Counted from the first letter of the stretch, positions 8,373 to 19,210 are shown. The stretch: DNA of 64,000 nt from Bacteroidales bacterium (GCA_017535325.1 JAFXUC010000139.1:3970-67969); one strand, 5' to 3'. Notes: a model not told the origin generated them from the letters alone. Numbers and translations: made by a program.

Positions 8373-11300
8373 ATGAAACTATTGAAAAGCACAACCGTTT
8401 TTGCGGGCGCGGCGGCGGTTTTTGCCGCAACCGTTTTTTCGACGGGCGCGCAAAATTTCCAGCCATCGGAATACAAACTTCAAGTGTCCGATACGGGTAT
8501 TTTGTCAGATAAGGAAAGAGCAAAATCTCCAATACAGTTAAAAGACCCCGCTGTCATAACCACCGAAACAGAATACGATTACAAGTCCGGCGGTTACACC
8601 ACCAAAACCAAAGTCGGGGACATGGAAATTTCTCGTCCCGAATTTCAGAGCGCAAAAGACCACGACAGTCTCGAATCAAAAAAAGAAATGCGCGGCTACT
8701 GGAAACAGCAGATGCAGGAAAATTACAGTCTCGACGGCAAAAACCAGCGTTCAGGACTCGAACGCTATCTTAATCCGAGAATCAACGTAAACATGAGAGG
8801 CTTTGACAGAATTTTCGGAACCAACGTCATCGACATAAAACCGCAGGGAAACGTCAGCGTAACCTTCGGCGCGGACATCTCAAAAATCGATAATTACACT
8901 TTGCCCAAAAAACAGCGCAACGACGTCTCTTTCGATTTTGACCTCGCAATGCAGGTCGGCGTAACGGGTACTATCGGCGACAAGATGAAAGTCGGCGTCA
9001 ACTACAACACCGAATCCACTTTTGAGTTTGAAAACCGTCAGAAAGTGGAATACATCGGACATCAGGACGAAATCATTCAGCGCATAGAGTTCGGTAACGT
9101 CTCAATGCCGCTTGAAGGAAACCTTATCACCGGAAGCACAACGCTTTTCGGCGTCAAGACAGACCTGAAATTCGGAAAACTCACCGCAACCGCCGTTCTC
9201 TCGCAGCAAAAAGGCGAAACCAAAACTATCGAAGTAAACGCCGGAAGCGTCAGCAGCGATTTTTCCATACAGTCGTCCGATTATGAGGCTGACAGACACT
9301 TTTTCCTGAACCATTTTTTCAGGGACAACTACGAAAAGGCTCTCCAAAACCTGCCGGTAGTAAATTCGGGAATCGTTGTAACAAACATCGAAGTCTGGGT
9401 TACAAACAACAAACTCGCAACCGAAGACGCCAGAAACGTTGCCGCGTTTTTGGACCTTGCCGAACCGGAGCATATTTTTAACACTCAGACAGTAAAATAT
9501 TCCTCGTCAAAAATTCCGTGCAACACTTCAAATACTCTTTACAACAACCTGATAACCACGTATCAGGGTTTGCGCGACATTAATTCTTTGACAAGCACTT
9601 TGAGCGGAAAGTTTCAGTCCGGCTCCGACTATGAAAAAATCGGAAACGCAAGAAAACTTTCTTCTTCGGAGTACAGTTTCAATGCCCAGTTGGGATACAT
9701 CTCGCTTAACTCCTCGCTCAGAGACGATGAGGTTTTGGCGGTTGCTTACGAATACACTTACAAAGGCAAAACTTACAAGGTCGGCGAATTTTCGTCGGAA
9801 TTGAACTCCGGTCAGACGCTTATTTTGAAACTTTTGCGCGGAACCTCGTTTTCTCCCGCACTTCCGAACTGGGACTTGATGATGAAAAACGTTTACAATC
9901 TCAACGCTTACCAGATTTCAAACGAGGACTTTCTCTTGCAGGTAAAATACCAGTCCGACAAATCGGGAACGCTTGTCAACTATCTGAATGCCGGAGACAT
10001 AGACGGTGTTATGCTGGTAAAAGTTTTAAACCTTGACAATCTTAATTTTCAAAACAACCGCGCTCCCGACGGCAATTTCGACTTTATTGACGGCGTAACC
10101 GTCAACGCGGAAAAAGGCAGAATCATTTTCCCCGTGCTTGAACCTTTCGGCGGATACCTGCGCTCCAAAATCGGCGATGAGGCCGCTTCTGACAAATACT
10201 GTTACCAGCAACTTTACGACTCCACAAAAACTGTCGCAAAGCAAAACGCCGAAAAAGACAAATTCTATATCACGGGAAGTTACAAATCGAGTTCGGGCAG
10301 CGAAATTTCCCTCGACGCAATGAACATCGAAGAAGGCTCTGTAAAAGTTACAGCCGGCGGTCTCACCCTTACCGAAGGCACTGACTATGTTGTTGATTAT
10401 CTTTTAGGTACGGTAAAAATTGTCAACGAAAGCATTTTGCAGTCGGGCAACAAAATTTCGGTTTCGGTGGAGAGCAACACCATTTTCAACTCCGCCACCA
10501 AAACGATGATGGGAACGCATTTGAATTATCAGTTCAGCGACAATTTCAACGTCGGCGGAACGATTATGCGCCTTTCGGAAAAGACGATGACCAACAAGGT
10601 TTCAGTCGGTTACGAGCCTGTCAAAAACACAATTTGGGGCTTGGACGCACGCTATTCAATGCCGTTGCCGTATTTGACAAGGATTATCGACCGCCTTCCG
10701 CTTATCTCAACTACCTCGGAATCAAGACTTTCTGTTGAAGGTGAGTTTGCACAGTTGCTGCCCGGACACAGCCGCAGCGTTGACAAGGCGGGAACTTGTT
10801 ACATCGACGATTTTGAAGCCTCCCAGACCAAAATAGACGTAAAGTCCGTTTCGCGCTGGGTGCTTTCGTCCGCGCCCTCAGGCACGAGAAAATTTCCGGA
10901 GGCAGGTCTTAACAATGATTTGCGTTACGGTTACAACCGCGCACTTCTTGCATGGTACAATGTCCTTTCGGATTTGCAGGGAACAAGCGTTTCGGGGTCG
11001 GGCATTACGCCGTCTTACATCACAAAAGACGACCAGTCAAACCACTATATCAGAGCGGTTTACGAAAAAGAAATTTTCCCTAACGCCCAGTCCGTCAGCG
11101 GAATTTCCACGCAGTTAACAGTCTTAAACCTCGCTTATTATCCATCGGAGAGGGGACCTTATAACTTTGACGTTCAGGGACTTGACGAAAACGGTTACTT
11201 AAAAAATCCCGAAAACCGTTGGGGCGGTATTATGCGCGAAATGACCACGACCGACTTTGAATCCTCAAACATCGAATACCTTGAATTTTGGATGTTAGAC

Positions 11301-14300
11301 CCGTTCATTTACGAAAAAGACGGCATGGGCGCAGACCTTTATTTCAACCTCGGACACGTTTCTGAGGACATTTTGAAGGACGGCAGAAAGAGTTTTGAAA
11401 ACGGTATTCCTTTTCCGATGGACGAGAGTTTCATCGACTCTACGGCTTGGGGACGGGTTTCAAACAAGACGTTTTTAGTCAACGCCTTTGACAACACAAA
11501 CGGCGCGAAAGAGGCTCAGGATTTGGGTTTTGACGGTTTGGACGATGTTCAGGAGCGCAGTTTTTTTACCAAGTATCTTGACGATTTGGCAAACAAGTAC
11601 GGCACAAATTCCGTGGCTTATCAAAACGCTTACAACGACCCCGCCGCCGACAATTTTCACTATTTCCGGGGCGGCGATTATGACGAGCAACGGCTCTCGA
11701 TTGAGGAGCGTTACAAGCATTACAACGGTACAGAGGGCAACTCGTCCGATAAGAGCGGCACTTCGGCTTACTCTACTGTAAAAGACCGTTACCCCGATGT
11801 TGAGGACATCAACCTCGACAACACTTTGAGCGAAACCGAATCCTACTATCAATATAAAGTGCATATTTCGCCGGGCGGCATGCAGGTCGGTCAAAACTAC
11901 ATTACCGACATCGTTGAAAGCAATGTCAAGACGGTAAACGGCGAAAGCGAAACCGTAAAATGGTATCAGTTCAAAATTCCGGTTTACCAGCCGGATTCGG
12001 TTGTAGGTACGATTTCGGATTTTAAGTCGATACGTTTTATGAGAATGTATCTGACAAACGCCAAGAAAAACATTATTCTGCGTTTTGCTGAGATGAACCT
12101 TCTCCGCGGCGACTGGCGCAAATACACCGCTTCGATGACCTCAGCCGGCGAAATCCTGACAGACCGTCAGATAAACGACGGCGTGCTTGACATTACAAAC
12201 GTCGGTTTGGAGGAAAACGGTTCCAAAACGCCTGTCAATTATCTTTTGCCGCCCTCAATCAGCCGCGAGAGGGACTACGAAACCAATCAGGTTATTGAGC
12301 AGGACGAAAAGTCTATGTGTCTGCAAGTCAAAACCCTTCCTGACGGTCAGGCGGTGGCGGCTTACAAAACCGCAATTTTGGATCTCCGTCAGTACAAAAA
12401 GTTGAAAATGTTTGTCCACTGCGAAGAAACTCCGGGCGCAATCCTTAACGACAGGGATTTGAGAATTTTTGTCCGTCTCGGCAGCGACTACAAAGAAAAC
12501 TATTACGAATACGAAATTCCGCTTTATGTTACGCCAGCCGGTTATTATCCCGACGACGACAACGGAAGGCTTTCTGTCTGGCCGGAAAGAAACAACGTTG
12601 AGATAGTTTTTGAAAAACTTCAACTTGTCAAGCAGCAGAGAAACAACGATTTGAGAGCGGCGGGTTCAACCTATTCGTTAACAATGCCTTATACTTCGCA
12701 ACTTGACGACGGCAGCCGCATAACGGTTATGGGCAGTCCTAATATTTCCAATATCAAGACGATTATGATTGGTGTCAGAAACCCGTCAATGACCGAAAAC
12801 ACCGAGGAAGACGACGGCATGGACAAGAGTGCGGAAATCTGGGTCAACGAACTCAGGCTCACCGACTTCAACGAAGACGGCGGCTGGGCGGCGCGTGCTA
12901 AAATGGAATTGCAGTTGGCGGATTTGGCAACGGTTACGGTTTCGGGTTACACTCACACGCCCGGTTTCGGAAGCATCGAAAAACGTGTTTCGGAGCGTCA
13001 TCAGGAGACGGTTTACCAGTATGATTTTTCGACGCTGTTTCAGGTCGGAAAGTTTTTCAATCCCGATTACAACGTCAGAATGCCGCTCTATTTCGGCTAT
13101 TCAGAAAACTACGAACTCCCGAAATACAACCCGCTTGACCCCGACATCGAACTTGACGTTACGCTCAAAGACCCGAAACTCTCAAAAGCCGAAAAAGACG
13201 ATGTCCGCGACCGCAGCATCACTTACGAAAAGCGTAAAAGCATTAATATGACCAATATTCATATTGAAGGCCGCAGCGAAGAGGCAAAAGAGACCGCCCG
13301 TATGGAAAAAGAACTGAAAAACAATCCCGACGGCAAAACCGGCGATAAGAAACAGCCGAAAAAACAAAAGCAGAAACCGTTTTACCATGTGTCAAACTTT
13401 ACGGCGGGCATAGCGTATTCGGAATATTTTACGCACAATTCAACGATAAAATCGCAACTCGAAAGAATGTTGCAGTCGTCGGTGGAATACAATTACACGT
13501 ACAATCCGAAGAATTACCGTCCGCTGTCAAAGGTAAAATTTCTGCACAACAAGAATTTTGAGTTGATAAGGGATTTCAACTTTTATCTTCTTCCGACGAT
13601 GGTTTCGGTCAACGCCAACATCAACCGCAATTATTCCGCCGTCGAGTACAGAAACATCGACAATCAGGCGGTGTTTTTAACGCCGTCTTATCAAAAGGAG
13701 TTTATGTGGCAGCGCAATTACGAGGTGCGTTACAAATTGTCGCAGAATTTGAAATTTTCGCTTTCGGCGCACACTTCGGCGCAGGTTGACCCCGACGGAC
13801 GGCTTGACAACACCGATTTGGAAGAGGTTCAGAGAAAGCGCGACACATTGTTTATGAAAATTTTTGACTGGGGACACAACACGGATTACCGTCAGAATAT
13901 GAAATTTGACTGGCAGGTGCCGGTTTCAAAAATTCCGGGTCTGAGGTGGACAAACGTAAACGCTGTTTACAATGCCGACTATCACTGGGAAGACGGAAAC
14001 GAGCCTGTTGAAGGCGGGGACGAACTCGGTCAGAAATACACAATCTATCACGGCAACAAAATCAACAATTCGGGAATCCTTACCTTGAACTGCAACCTCA
14101 GTTTTGAGCGTGTTTACAAAAACGTGCCGTATTTCAAGACCGTCATGGGGCGTTTCGGCAGGGACGGCAGAAAAAACGCCTCAAACGAAAAACGCGAAGT
14201 TGTTTATCAGAAAGGCAATCTGAGGTTTTTCAAAAACAAGGAGCGCAACATCGTTCACTCGCTCGGCACAACGGAAGTCGAGGTCGAGGTTTTGGATTAT

Positions 14301-15833
14301 GACGGCAAAAAAATTGACGGCGATGTTCAGATTGTTGACAAAAACAAAGTGAAGTTTACAGCCGCGGACGATTACGCAAACTGCTCGGTAAAAGTTACGG
14401 GCAAAAAACCTGTCAGCGATTCGCCGCTTCTTGTGATTTCGGATTATGCCCTGATGTCGTTGTTTTCAGTCCGCAGCGTGTCGGTTTCGTACAAAAACCA
14501 GCGTGCAAACACCACAACGGGTTATCTTTCAGGCACAAAAATTCTCGGAATGGAAAATTATGCGGGAGCGGTTGCGCCGGGTTTTGCTTACATAATGGCG
14601 TTGAACGGCGAGGATTTTCATTACCGCGCAACCGAAAAATCATGGCTTGTAAAGGATTCAACGCTGATGGACCCCGTTTTGTATACAAGAGGCAATAACA
14701 TCGGCGTAAGAGTGGCTGTGGAGCCGGTAAACACTTTCAGAATAGACGTCAACTTTGACCGTACAATGCTTTATAATACGGAAGATTATTTCTGCTGGAC
14801 GGGCGGCGACAACTGGGAGACTACTTCGCGTGTAAAAACGGGAAACTACCGCGCCTCGTTCAACATGATAAAAACGGCGTTCAAAAAAGTCGGTTCGGAT
14901 TATTCTTTGGAGACTTATTCCAAGTTTTTGGAATCGCGTCTTACGATAGCAGACCGTCAGGCTGAGCGGCGTGCCTCAAACACTTCGCTTTATACGCCTT
15001 CAAAAGACGAAGACGGCGTGCCTGAGGGTTATTCTCTGACACATCAGGACGTGTTGCTGCCGGCGTTTTTGGCGGCGTATTCCGGCATCAGCCCCGAAAA
15101 GATTTCGCTTGATCCGTTTTTGAAATTTCCGCTTCCTAATTGGCGAATCAATTACAAAGGTTTCGGCAATATTGCCTTGTTGAAGGATTACGTCAGGTCG
15201 GCAATGCTGACACACGCTTATACTTGTACTTACTCGGTTTCTAATTTTAAAAACAACGCAAATTATTCGTTTGAACAGGAGGATATTTACGGACAGAGTT
15301 TTGTGCGTTATGATGTCAACAACCTCTTTATTCCGCAGTACGAAATCGGGTCTGTAACTTTGGAGGAGAGGTTCAATCCGCTTTTCGGAGTTGATGTTTC
15401 GTGGGTTAACATGCTGAGTACAAAACTCGAATACCGCCGTACAAGGCTTATGACCTTAGCGTTTGCAAACTCGCAGATAACCGAGGCTTACAAAAAGGAA
15501 TGGGTTATAGGTCTTGGTTACAAATTTGCGCAGTTGCCTTTCAACATACGCACCTCGTCGGGTTCAAAACGTTTGAAATCGGATTTGGATTTGCGGACGG
15601 ATTTTGTAATCAACAACGACAAGACGATTTTGCGTGAAATTGAGGACTTGTACAACGAGATTTCGGCAGGTCAGAGGAGTTATTCCATAAGGACAACGGC
15701 AGACTATCAACTCTCGCAGCGTTTGAAACTTCAACTTTATTACAACCACAACATTTCAAACCCGCTGATTTCAACGAGTTACCGAACTTCCAACATCAAG
15801 TTCGGTTTTACGCTGACGATGGGACTGGATTAA
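8373..15833 (+). CDS. sprA: Type IX secretion outer-membrane translocon SprA/Sov
   Basis: About 2490 aa. DIKPQGNV, EFGNVSMPL, YIDDFE, LAYYPSERGPYN, RWGGIMR, FKSIRFMRM and WVNELRL motifs, with a beta-barrel-type C-terminus. TACTTTTG promoter at 8345-8352. Confidence 0.96.
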   Translation: MKLLKSTTVFAGAAAVFAATVFSTGAQNFQPSEYKLQVSDTGILSDKERAKSPIQLKDPAVITTETEYDYKSGGYTTKTKVGDMEISRPEFQSAKDHDSLESKKEMRGYWKQQMQENYSLDGKNQRSGLERYLNPRINVNMRGFDRIFGTNVIDIKPQGNVSVTFGADISKIDNYTLPKKQRNDVSFDFDLAMQVGVTGTIGDKMKVGVNYNTESTFEFENRQKVEYIGHQDEIIQRIEFGNVSMPLEGNLITGSTTLFGVKTDLKFGKLTATAVLSQQKGETKTIEVNAGSVSSDFSIQSSDYEADRHFFLNHFFRDNYEKALQNLPVVNSGIVVTNIEVWVTNNKLATEDARNVAAFLDLAEPEHIFNTQTVKYSSSKIPCNTSNTLYNNLITTYQGLRDINSLTSTLSGKFQSGSDYEKIGNARKLSSSEYSFNAQLGYISLNSSLRDDEVLAVAYEYTYKGKTYKVGEFSSELNSGQTLILKLLRGTSFSPALPNWDLMMKNVYNLNAYQISNEDFLLQVKYQSDKSGTLVNYLNAGDIDGVMLVKVLNLDNLNFQNNRAPDGNFDFIDGVTVNAEKGRIIFPVLEPFGGYLRSKIGDEAASDKYCYQQLYDSTKTVAKQNAEKDKFYITGSYKSSSGSEISLDAMNIEEGSVKVTAGGLTLTEGTDYVVDYLLGTVKIVNESILQSGNKISVSVESNTIFNSATKTMMGTHLNYQFSDNFNVGGTIMRLSEKTMTNKVSVGYEPVKNTIWGLDARYSMPLPYLTRIIDRLPLISTTSESRLSVEGEFAQLLPGHSRSVDKAGTCYIDDFEASQTKIDVKSVSRWVLSSAPSGTRKFPEAGLNNDLRYGYNRALLAWYNVLSDLQGTSVSGSGITPSYITKDDQSNHYIRAVYEKEIFPNAQSVSGISTQLTVLNLAYYPSERGPYNFDVQGLDENGYLKNPENRWGGIMREMTTTDFESSNIEYLEFWMLDPFIYEKDGMGADLYFNLGHVSEDILKDGRKSFENGIPFPMDESFIDSTAWGRVSNKTFLVNAFDNTNGAKEAQDLGFDGLDDVQERSFFTKYLDDLANKYGTNSVAYQNAYNDPAADNFHYFRGGDYDEQRLSIEERYKHYNGTEGNSSDKSGTSAYSTVKDRYPDVEDINLDNTLSETESYYQYKVHISPGGMQVGQNYITDIVESNVKTVNGESETVKWYQFKIPVYQPDSVVGTISDFKSIRFMRMYLTNAKKNIILRFAEMNLLRGDWRKYTASMTSAGEILTDRQINDGVLDITNVGLEENGSKTPVNYLLPPSISRERDYETNQVIEQDEKSMCLQVKTLPDGQAVAAYKTAILDLRQYKKLKMFVHCEETPGAILNDRDLRIFVRLGSDYKENYYEYEIPLYVTPAGYYPDDDNGRLSVWPERNNVEIVFEKLQLVKQQRNNDLRAAGSTYSLTMPYTSQLDDGSRITVMGSPNISNIKTIMIGVRNPSMTENTEEDDGMDKSAEIWVNELRLTDFNEDGGWAARAKMELQLADLATVTVSGYTHTPGFGSIEKRVSERHQETVYQYDFSTLFQVGKFFNPDYNVRMPLYFGYSENYELPKYNPLDPDIELDVTLKDPKLSKAEKDDVRDRSITYEKRKSINMTNIHIEGRSEEAKETARMEKELKNNPDGKTGDKKQPKKQKQKPFYHVSNFTAGIAYSEYFTHNSTIKSQLERMLQSSVEYNYTYNPKNYRPLSKVKFLHNKNFELIRDFNFYLLPTMVSVNANINRNYSAVEYRNIDNQAVFLTPSYQKEFMWQRNYEVRYKLSQNLKFSLSAHTSAQVDPDGRLDNTDLEEVQRKRDTLFMKIFDWGHNTDYRQNMKFDWQVPVSKIPGLRWTNVNAVYNADYHWEDGNEPVEGGDELGQKYTIYHGNKINNSGILTLNCNLSFERVYKNVPYFKTVMGRFGRDGRKNASNEKREVVYQKGNLRFFKNKERNIVHSLGTTEVEVEVLDYDGKKIDGDVQIVDKNKVKFTAADDYANCSVKVTGKKPVSDSPLLVISDYALMSLFSVRSVSVSYKNQRANTTTGYLSGTKILGMENYAGAVAPGFAYIMALNGEDFHYRATEKSWLVKDSTLMDPVLYTRGNNIGVRVAVEPVNTFRIDVNFDRTMLYNTEDYFCWTGGDNWETTSRVKTGNYRASFNMIKTAFKKVGSDYSLETYSKFLESRLTIADRQAERRASNTSLYTPSKDEDGVPEGYSLTHQDVLLPAFLAAYSGISPEKISLDPFLKFPLPNWRINYKGFGNIALLKDYVRSAMLTHAYTCTYSVSNFKNNANYSFEQEDIYGQSFVRYDVNNLFIPQYEIGSVTLEERFNPLFGVDVSWVNMLSTKLEYRRTRLMTLAFANSQITEAYKKEWVIGLGYKFAQLPFNIRTSSGSKRLKSDLDLRTDFVINNDKTILREIEDLYNEISAGQRSYSIRTTADYQLSQRLKLQLYYNHNISNPLISTSYRTSNIKFGFTLTMGLD

Positions 15834-15913
15834 AAAAAAGTTAAAAAAATGTTTTTTTTCAAAAAAAAAATTTTTACCTTTGGAAAGTCAAAATTAAACA
15901 TCATTTTGTGGAA

Positions 15914-17014
15914 ATGGAAAACATGGATTTACTGGAAGAGCAAAAAATAGAACAACCAAATAATAAAGTAGAAACAGAGCCGGTCTGCGTAAACAAAGAC
16001 CGTCCTGTGTATTTTTCGTATGCCCGTAATGACAGCAAAAATCCTGACTGGCAGCACATTTCGGATTGCGTGGAAAAATTGTTGGAGACTTTCAGAAAAG
16101 AAAATATTGAATATAAAATAGATGTTGCAGACCTTGGCGCAGGCAACAGAATTTCTGATTTTGAAAAGGAAATCGGCTTTAAGAGCGAAATAGTTGTTTT
16201 GGTTTTTTCAGACAAGTATTTCCGCTCTATGCATTGTATGTACGAGTTTGTGCAGATAAAAAAATCTCTTGCCGCATATCCCGACAAAAAACTTTTGTGT
16301 ATTAAGAGCGGGCAGTTCAGTCTTTCTGACATTGATTACATAATGCAACTTGAACAATATTGGGGAGACAAAAAGCAGGAGTGTGAAAGAATAGAATATC
16401 ACCGTTTGCGTTCGCTTTCAGAGACCGAGCGTTCTGCCAAGGACAACGGTTTTTATATGGACGACGTACGGGATTTGTATTCGTTTTTTAGCGCAATCAA
16501 CTATACAACTTCCGACATCAACGATTGGAGTTGTTTTACAAACGAAATTAAGAAATATTACGCCAACAAGCCGAAACCTAATTTGCCTGACCCTATTCAA
16601 AACCTTTATAATCACCCGCAACAACAGCAGAGGGGTGTTCAACAGCAGCCTGAGAGGGTTGTTCAACAGCAGGCTATGAAGCAGCCGGTACAGCCGCCTG
16701 TTATGCGGCCGCAGCCGACGGCAACTCCGAGAGTAAACAATGCAGTGTCTTATTCAGCACCGCAGACTCAGCAGGTTAAAAAGGGTTTTTTAAGCACTAT
16801 TCCTTTGAAATATAAAATAATCGGCGGTATTGTGCTGTTTATATCTTTATTGAATACCTGTGGTGCTTGTCTTGATGATGATACGCAATCACAAACTAAG
16901 CAGTATAAGCAGGAATATTACGACAATTACTCCGATTATGATGACGAACCGGAAAATGTTAATATCAATCAAACCCGAAGATATGAAGATTATAACTTCG
17001 ATGATGGATATTAA
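15914..17014 (+). CDS. TIR-domain protein with a Q/P-rich linker, one TM helix and an acidic tail
   Basis: VYFSYAR...VVLVFSDKYFRSMHCMYEF matches TIR box 1 and the catalytic-Glu helix. TM segment IIGGIVLFISLL. Own promoter TACCTTTG at 15875-15882. Confidence 0.82.
   Translation: MENMDLLEEQKIEQPNNKVETEPVCVNKDRPVYFSYARNDSKNPDWQHISDCVEKLLETFRKENIEYKIDVADLGAGNRISDFEKEIGFKSEIVVLVFSDKYFRSMHCMYEFVQIKKSLAAYPDKKLLCIKSGQFSLSDIDYIMQLEQYWGDKKQECERIEYHRLRSLSETERSAKDNGFYMDDVRDLYSFFSAINYTTSDINDWSCFTNEIKKYYANKPKPNLPDPIQNLYNHPQQQQRGVQQQPERVVQQQAMKQPVQPPVMRPQPTATPRVNNAVSYSAPQTQQVKKGFLSTIPLKYKIIGGIVLFISLLNTCGACLDDDTQSQTKQYKQEYYDNYSDYDDEPENVNINQTRRYEDYNFDDGY
16628..16675 (+). repeat. 24-bp tandem duplication in the TIR protein linker
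   Basis: cagaggggtgttcaacagcagcct / gagagggttgttcaacagcaggct, 21/24 identical. Confidence 0.8.
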
Positions 17015-17042
17015 ATTCAGAATAATAAGATTCAACAAAAAA

Positions 17043-17642
17043 TTATTTTACATTTCTCAGTGCAAATTTGATAATGTCTTCGGCAGACATTTTCGGGTTT
17101 TGTTTTAATGCCGCGTCTGCGCCTTTTTCCGCCTGCGCTTTCGGATAGCCGAGCATGATGAGAGCCGAAACCGCCTCTTCACGCTGCTGGGAATTGACTG
17201 CCGTGATTGCTGACGCGGCAGAAATATCCGAAATGCCGAGTTTTTGGATTTTGTCTTTTAGGTCTATGACAAGCCTTTGTGCGGTTTTTGCGCCGATGCC
17301 TTTTACCCGTGAAATCATTTTGGAATCTTCCCTCGAAACCGCGCTTTGCAGTTCGCCGACAGACATTGACGAGAGTATGACACGCGCCGTGTTCGGTCCT
17401 ATTCCCGAAACGTCCAAAAGCATTTTGAAAACCTCTCTTTCTGTTTTGTCAAAAAATCCGAAAAGCGTCTGGGAATCTTCCCTTTGAATGTGGTAAACGA
17501 AAAGTTTGCATTCTTTTTTGCCTTCTATTTCAGAAAACGTCGAAAGCGATATGTTAATCAGCCAGCCCACGCCGTCTTTGGTCTCTATAACAGCGTAGGA
17601 CGGCGTCAAATCCGTCAAAAGTCCGGTAATGTATTCGTACAT
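17043..17642 (-). CDS. ruvA: Holliday junction branch migration protein RuvA
   Basis: MYEYITG, REDSQTLFGF, VSGIGPNTA, GIGAKTAQRLVIDLKDK, EAVSALIMLGY. Confidence 0.97.
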   Translation of the reverse strand: MYEYITGLLTDLTPSYAVIETKDGVGWLINISLSTFSEIEGKKECKLFVYHIQREDSQTLFGFFDKTEREVFKMLLDVSGIGPNTARVILSSMSVGELQSAVSREDSKMISRVKGIGAKTAQRLVIDLKDKIQKLGISDISAASAITAVNSQQREEAVSALIMLGYPKAQAEKGADAALKQNPKMSAEDIIKFALRNVK

Positions 17643-17693
17643 AATTTCCTTGTTTTATAATTTTGCGTTACAAAAATATAAAAAACACGGCAT

Positions 17694-19109
17694 TTAAGCA
17701 AACAAATCGTCAAGCGTTATGAGGTTTTGAACCGAAAAGCGGTAAATGCCGTCGCTTATTCCGTATGGCGTAACCATCACAAAATGAGGACTTTTGTTTG
17801 TTTTGGAAACGCTGACAAACCTCGTGCTTTTGTGCCGTAAATTTTCATCGTCTTGCTTTGTGATTTCGTATTTGCCGGTAGAAAACTTCATTTCGCAAAG
17901 GTTTACAACGTTGTCTGCCCTGTCAATGACCATGTCAATTTGTGCGCCTTCGGAGTTTTCGTCGCCTTTTGTCTGCCATGAATATACTTTTGTAGAAACT
18001 CCTGAAATGCCGAGAGCCGCCTTTATCTGTTTTATGTGTGCAAAACAGACCCTTTCAAAAGCCAGACCCTGCCAGGAGTTTCTAAGCGGAGTGTTGGTGT
18101 TAACAGTCCAAAAATTTTCCGTGCCTGAATCGGAGTTTAAAATAAACTTGTAATAAAACAAAGTATAATTGTCTGTTAATTGAAACAGGTATTTGCTTCG
18201 CTTAATCCCCGAAAGATTATATTTGCGTATAAACCCGCAGTTTTCCAAATCTTCCAAAATCCTTGTCAGTTGTCCGCTGCTTGAAATTCCGGGTTCAGAG
18301 ACAAGTTCTTCGCGGGTCATTCCGGATTTTTTTGTTCCCAAAACCGAAACGATTTTCATATACGGTTCGGAATTTTTGAAAAGCGAATTGTAAAGTTCGT
18401 TGTATTCGTAACGGAGTTTGCCTTTTTCGCTGAAAAACAGATTGTCAATATTTTGTGAAATGCTGTATTCCCTGTTTAAAAGCGACCAATAAAAAGGTAT
18501 TCCGCCCATAACCATATAGCAGAGAAGTATTTCGTAACGGCTTATCGACAAATGTCTGCTTTGGGCATAAAGTTCACATTCTTTGAGACTAAACGGAAGG
18601 AGGTGAATCCTGTAAGTTACCCTGTTATGAAGTCCGCCGTGATTTTTAAAAACGTTGTTGATAATCCACGATGTTGCAGAACCGCAGATAATCAGCAGAA
18701 TATCTTTACGCGCCGAGGCGTATCCGTTCCAAAAATGTTCCAACGCGGATACAAAATTGGATTTCGGAGCGTCCATCCAAGGCAGTTCGTCAATAAAAAC
18801 TACTTTTTTGCCTTCGCCTAAGTTGTCTAAAAATTCAGAAAGCAGAAAAAAAGCGTCAAACCAATCTTCCGGCACTCTGCATTTTTTCATTCCGCATTTT
18901 AGAAGCGAGGCTTTAAATTCCTGCAACTGGGTTTTGGTTTTTTGGTTTGCGATTCCCGAATGTTGAAACGCAAATTTATAAGCAAAAGTTTCCCTTATCA
19001 GAAACGTTTTCCCGACTCTTCTTCTGCCTGTAACTGCCACAAATTCAGAATATTCTGATTTGTAAGCCTCCAACAGTTCCTTTTGTTCGTTTTTACGGCC
19101 TATTATCAT
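17694..19109 (-). CDS. Archaeal-type ATPase (ATPase_2 family) with wHTH and a C-terminal PD-(D/E)XK-like (DUF234-type) domain
   Basis: IGRKNE, TGRRRVGKT (Walker A), FIDELPW, ICGSATSW, QIDMVIDRADNVVNLCEMKF. Confidence 0.88.
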   Translation of the reverse strand: MIIGRKNEQKELLEAYKSEYSEFVAVTGRRRVGKTFLIRETFAYKFAFQHSGIANQKTKTQLQEFKASLLKCGMKKCRVPEDWFDAFFLLSEFLDNLGEGKKVVFIDELPWMDAPKSNFVSALEHFWNGYASARKDILLIICGSATSWIINNVFKNHGGLHNRVTYRIHLLPFSLKECELYAQSRHLSISRYEILLCYMVMGGIPFYWSLLNREYSISQNIDNLFFSEKGKLRYEYNELYNSLFKNSEPYMKIVSVLGTKKSGMTREELVSEPGISSSGQLTRILEDLENCGFIRKYNLSGIKRSKYLFQLTDNYTLFYYKFILNSDSGTENFWTVNTNTPLRNSWQGLAFERVCFAHIKQIKAALGISGVSTKVYSWQTKGDENSEGAQIDMVIDRADNVVNLCEMKFSTGKYEITKQDDENLRHKSTRFVSVSKTNKSPHFVMVTPYGISDGIYRFSVQNLITLDDLFA

Positions 19110-19141
19110 GACAAATTATTTTTATGGGCGCAAATATAATA

Positions 19142-19210
19142 AAAAATCCGTTCACCGGTTTCCAGGAACTGTTTTTTTTTTGTTTCTTGGAACTCTGTGA
19201 GCGGATTTTT
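19142..19210 (-). terminator. Long imperfect hairpin, probable terminator of the DUF4294 gene
   Basis: AAAAATCCGTTCAC...GTGAGCGGATTTTT outer stem with an inner TTCCAGGAA/TTCTTGGAA stem. Confidence 0.55.

Noticed and set aside
15834-15875. Poly-A/poly-T tracts as phase-variation switches
   Set aside because: Such tracts occur in most intergenic regions here, so they look like general promoter composition. No flanking invertase or inverted-repeat switch was seen.
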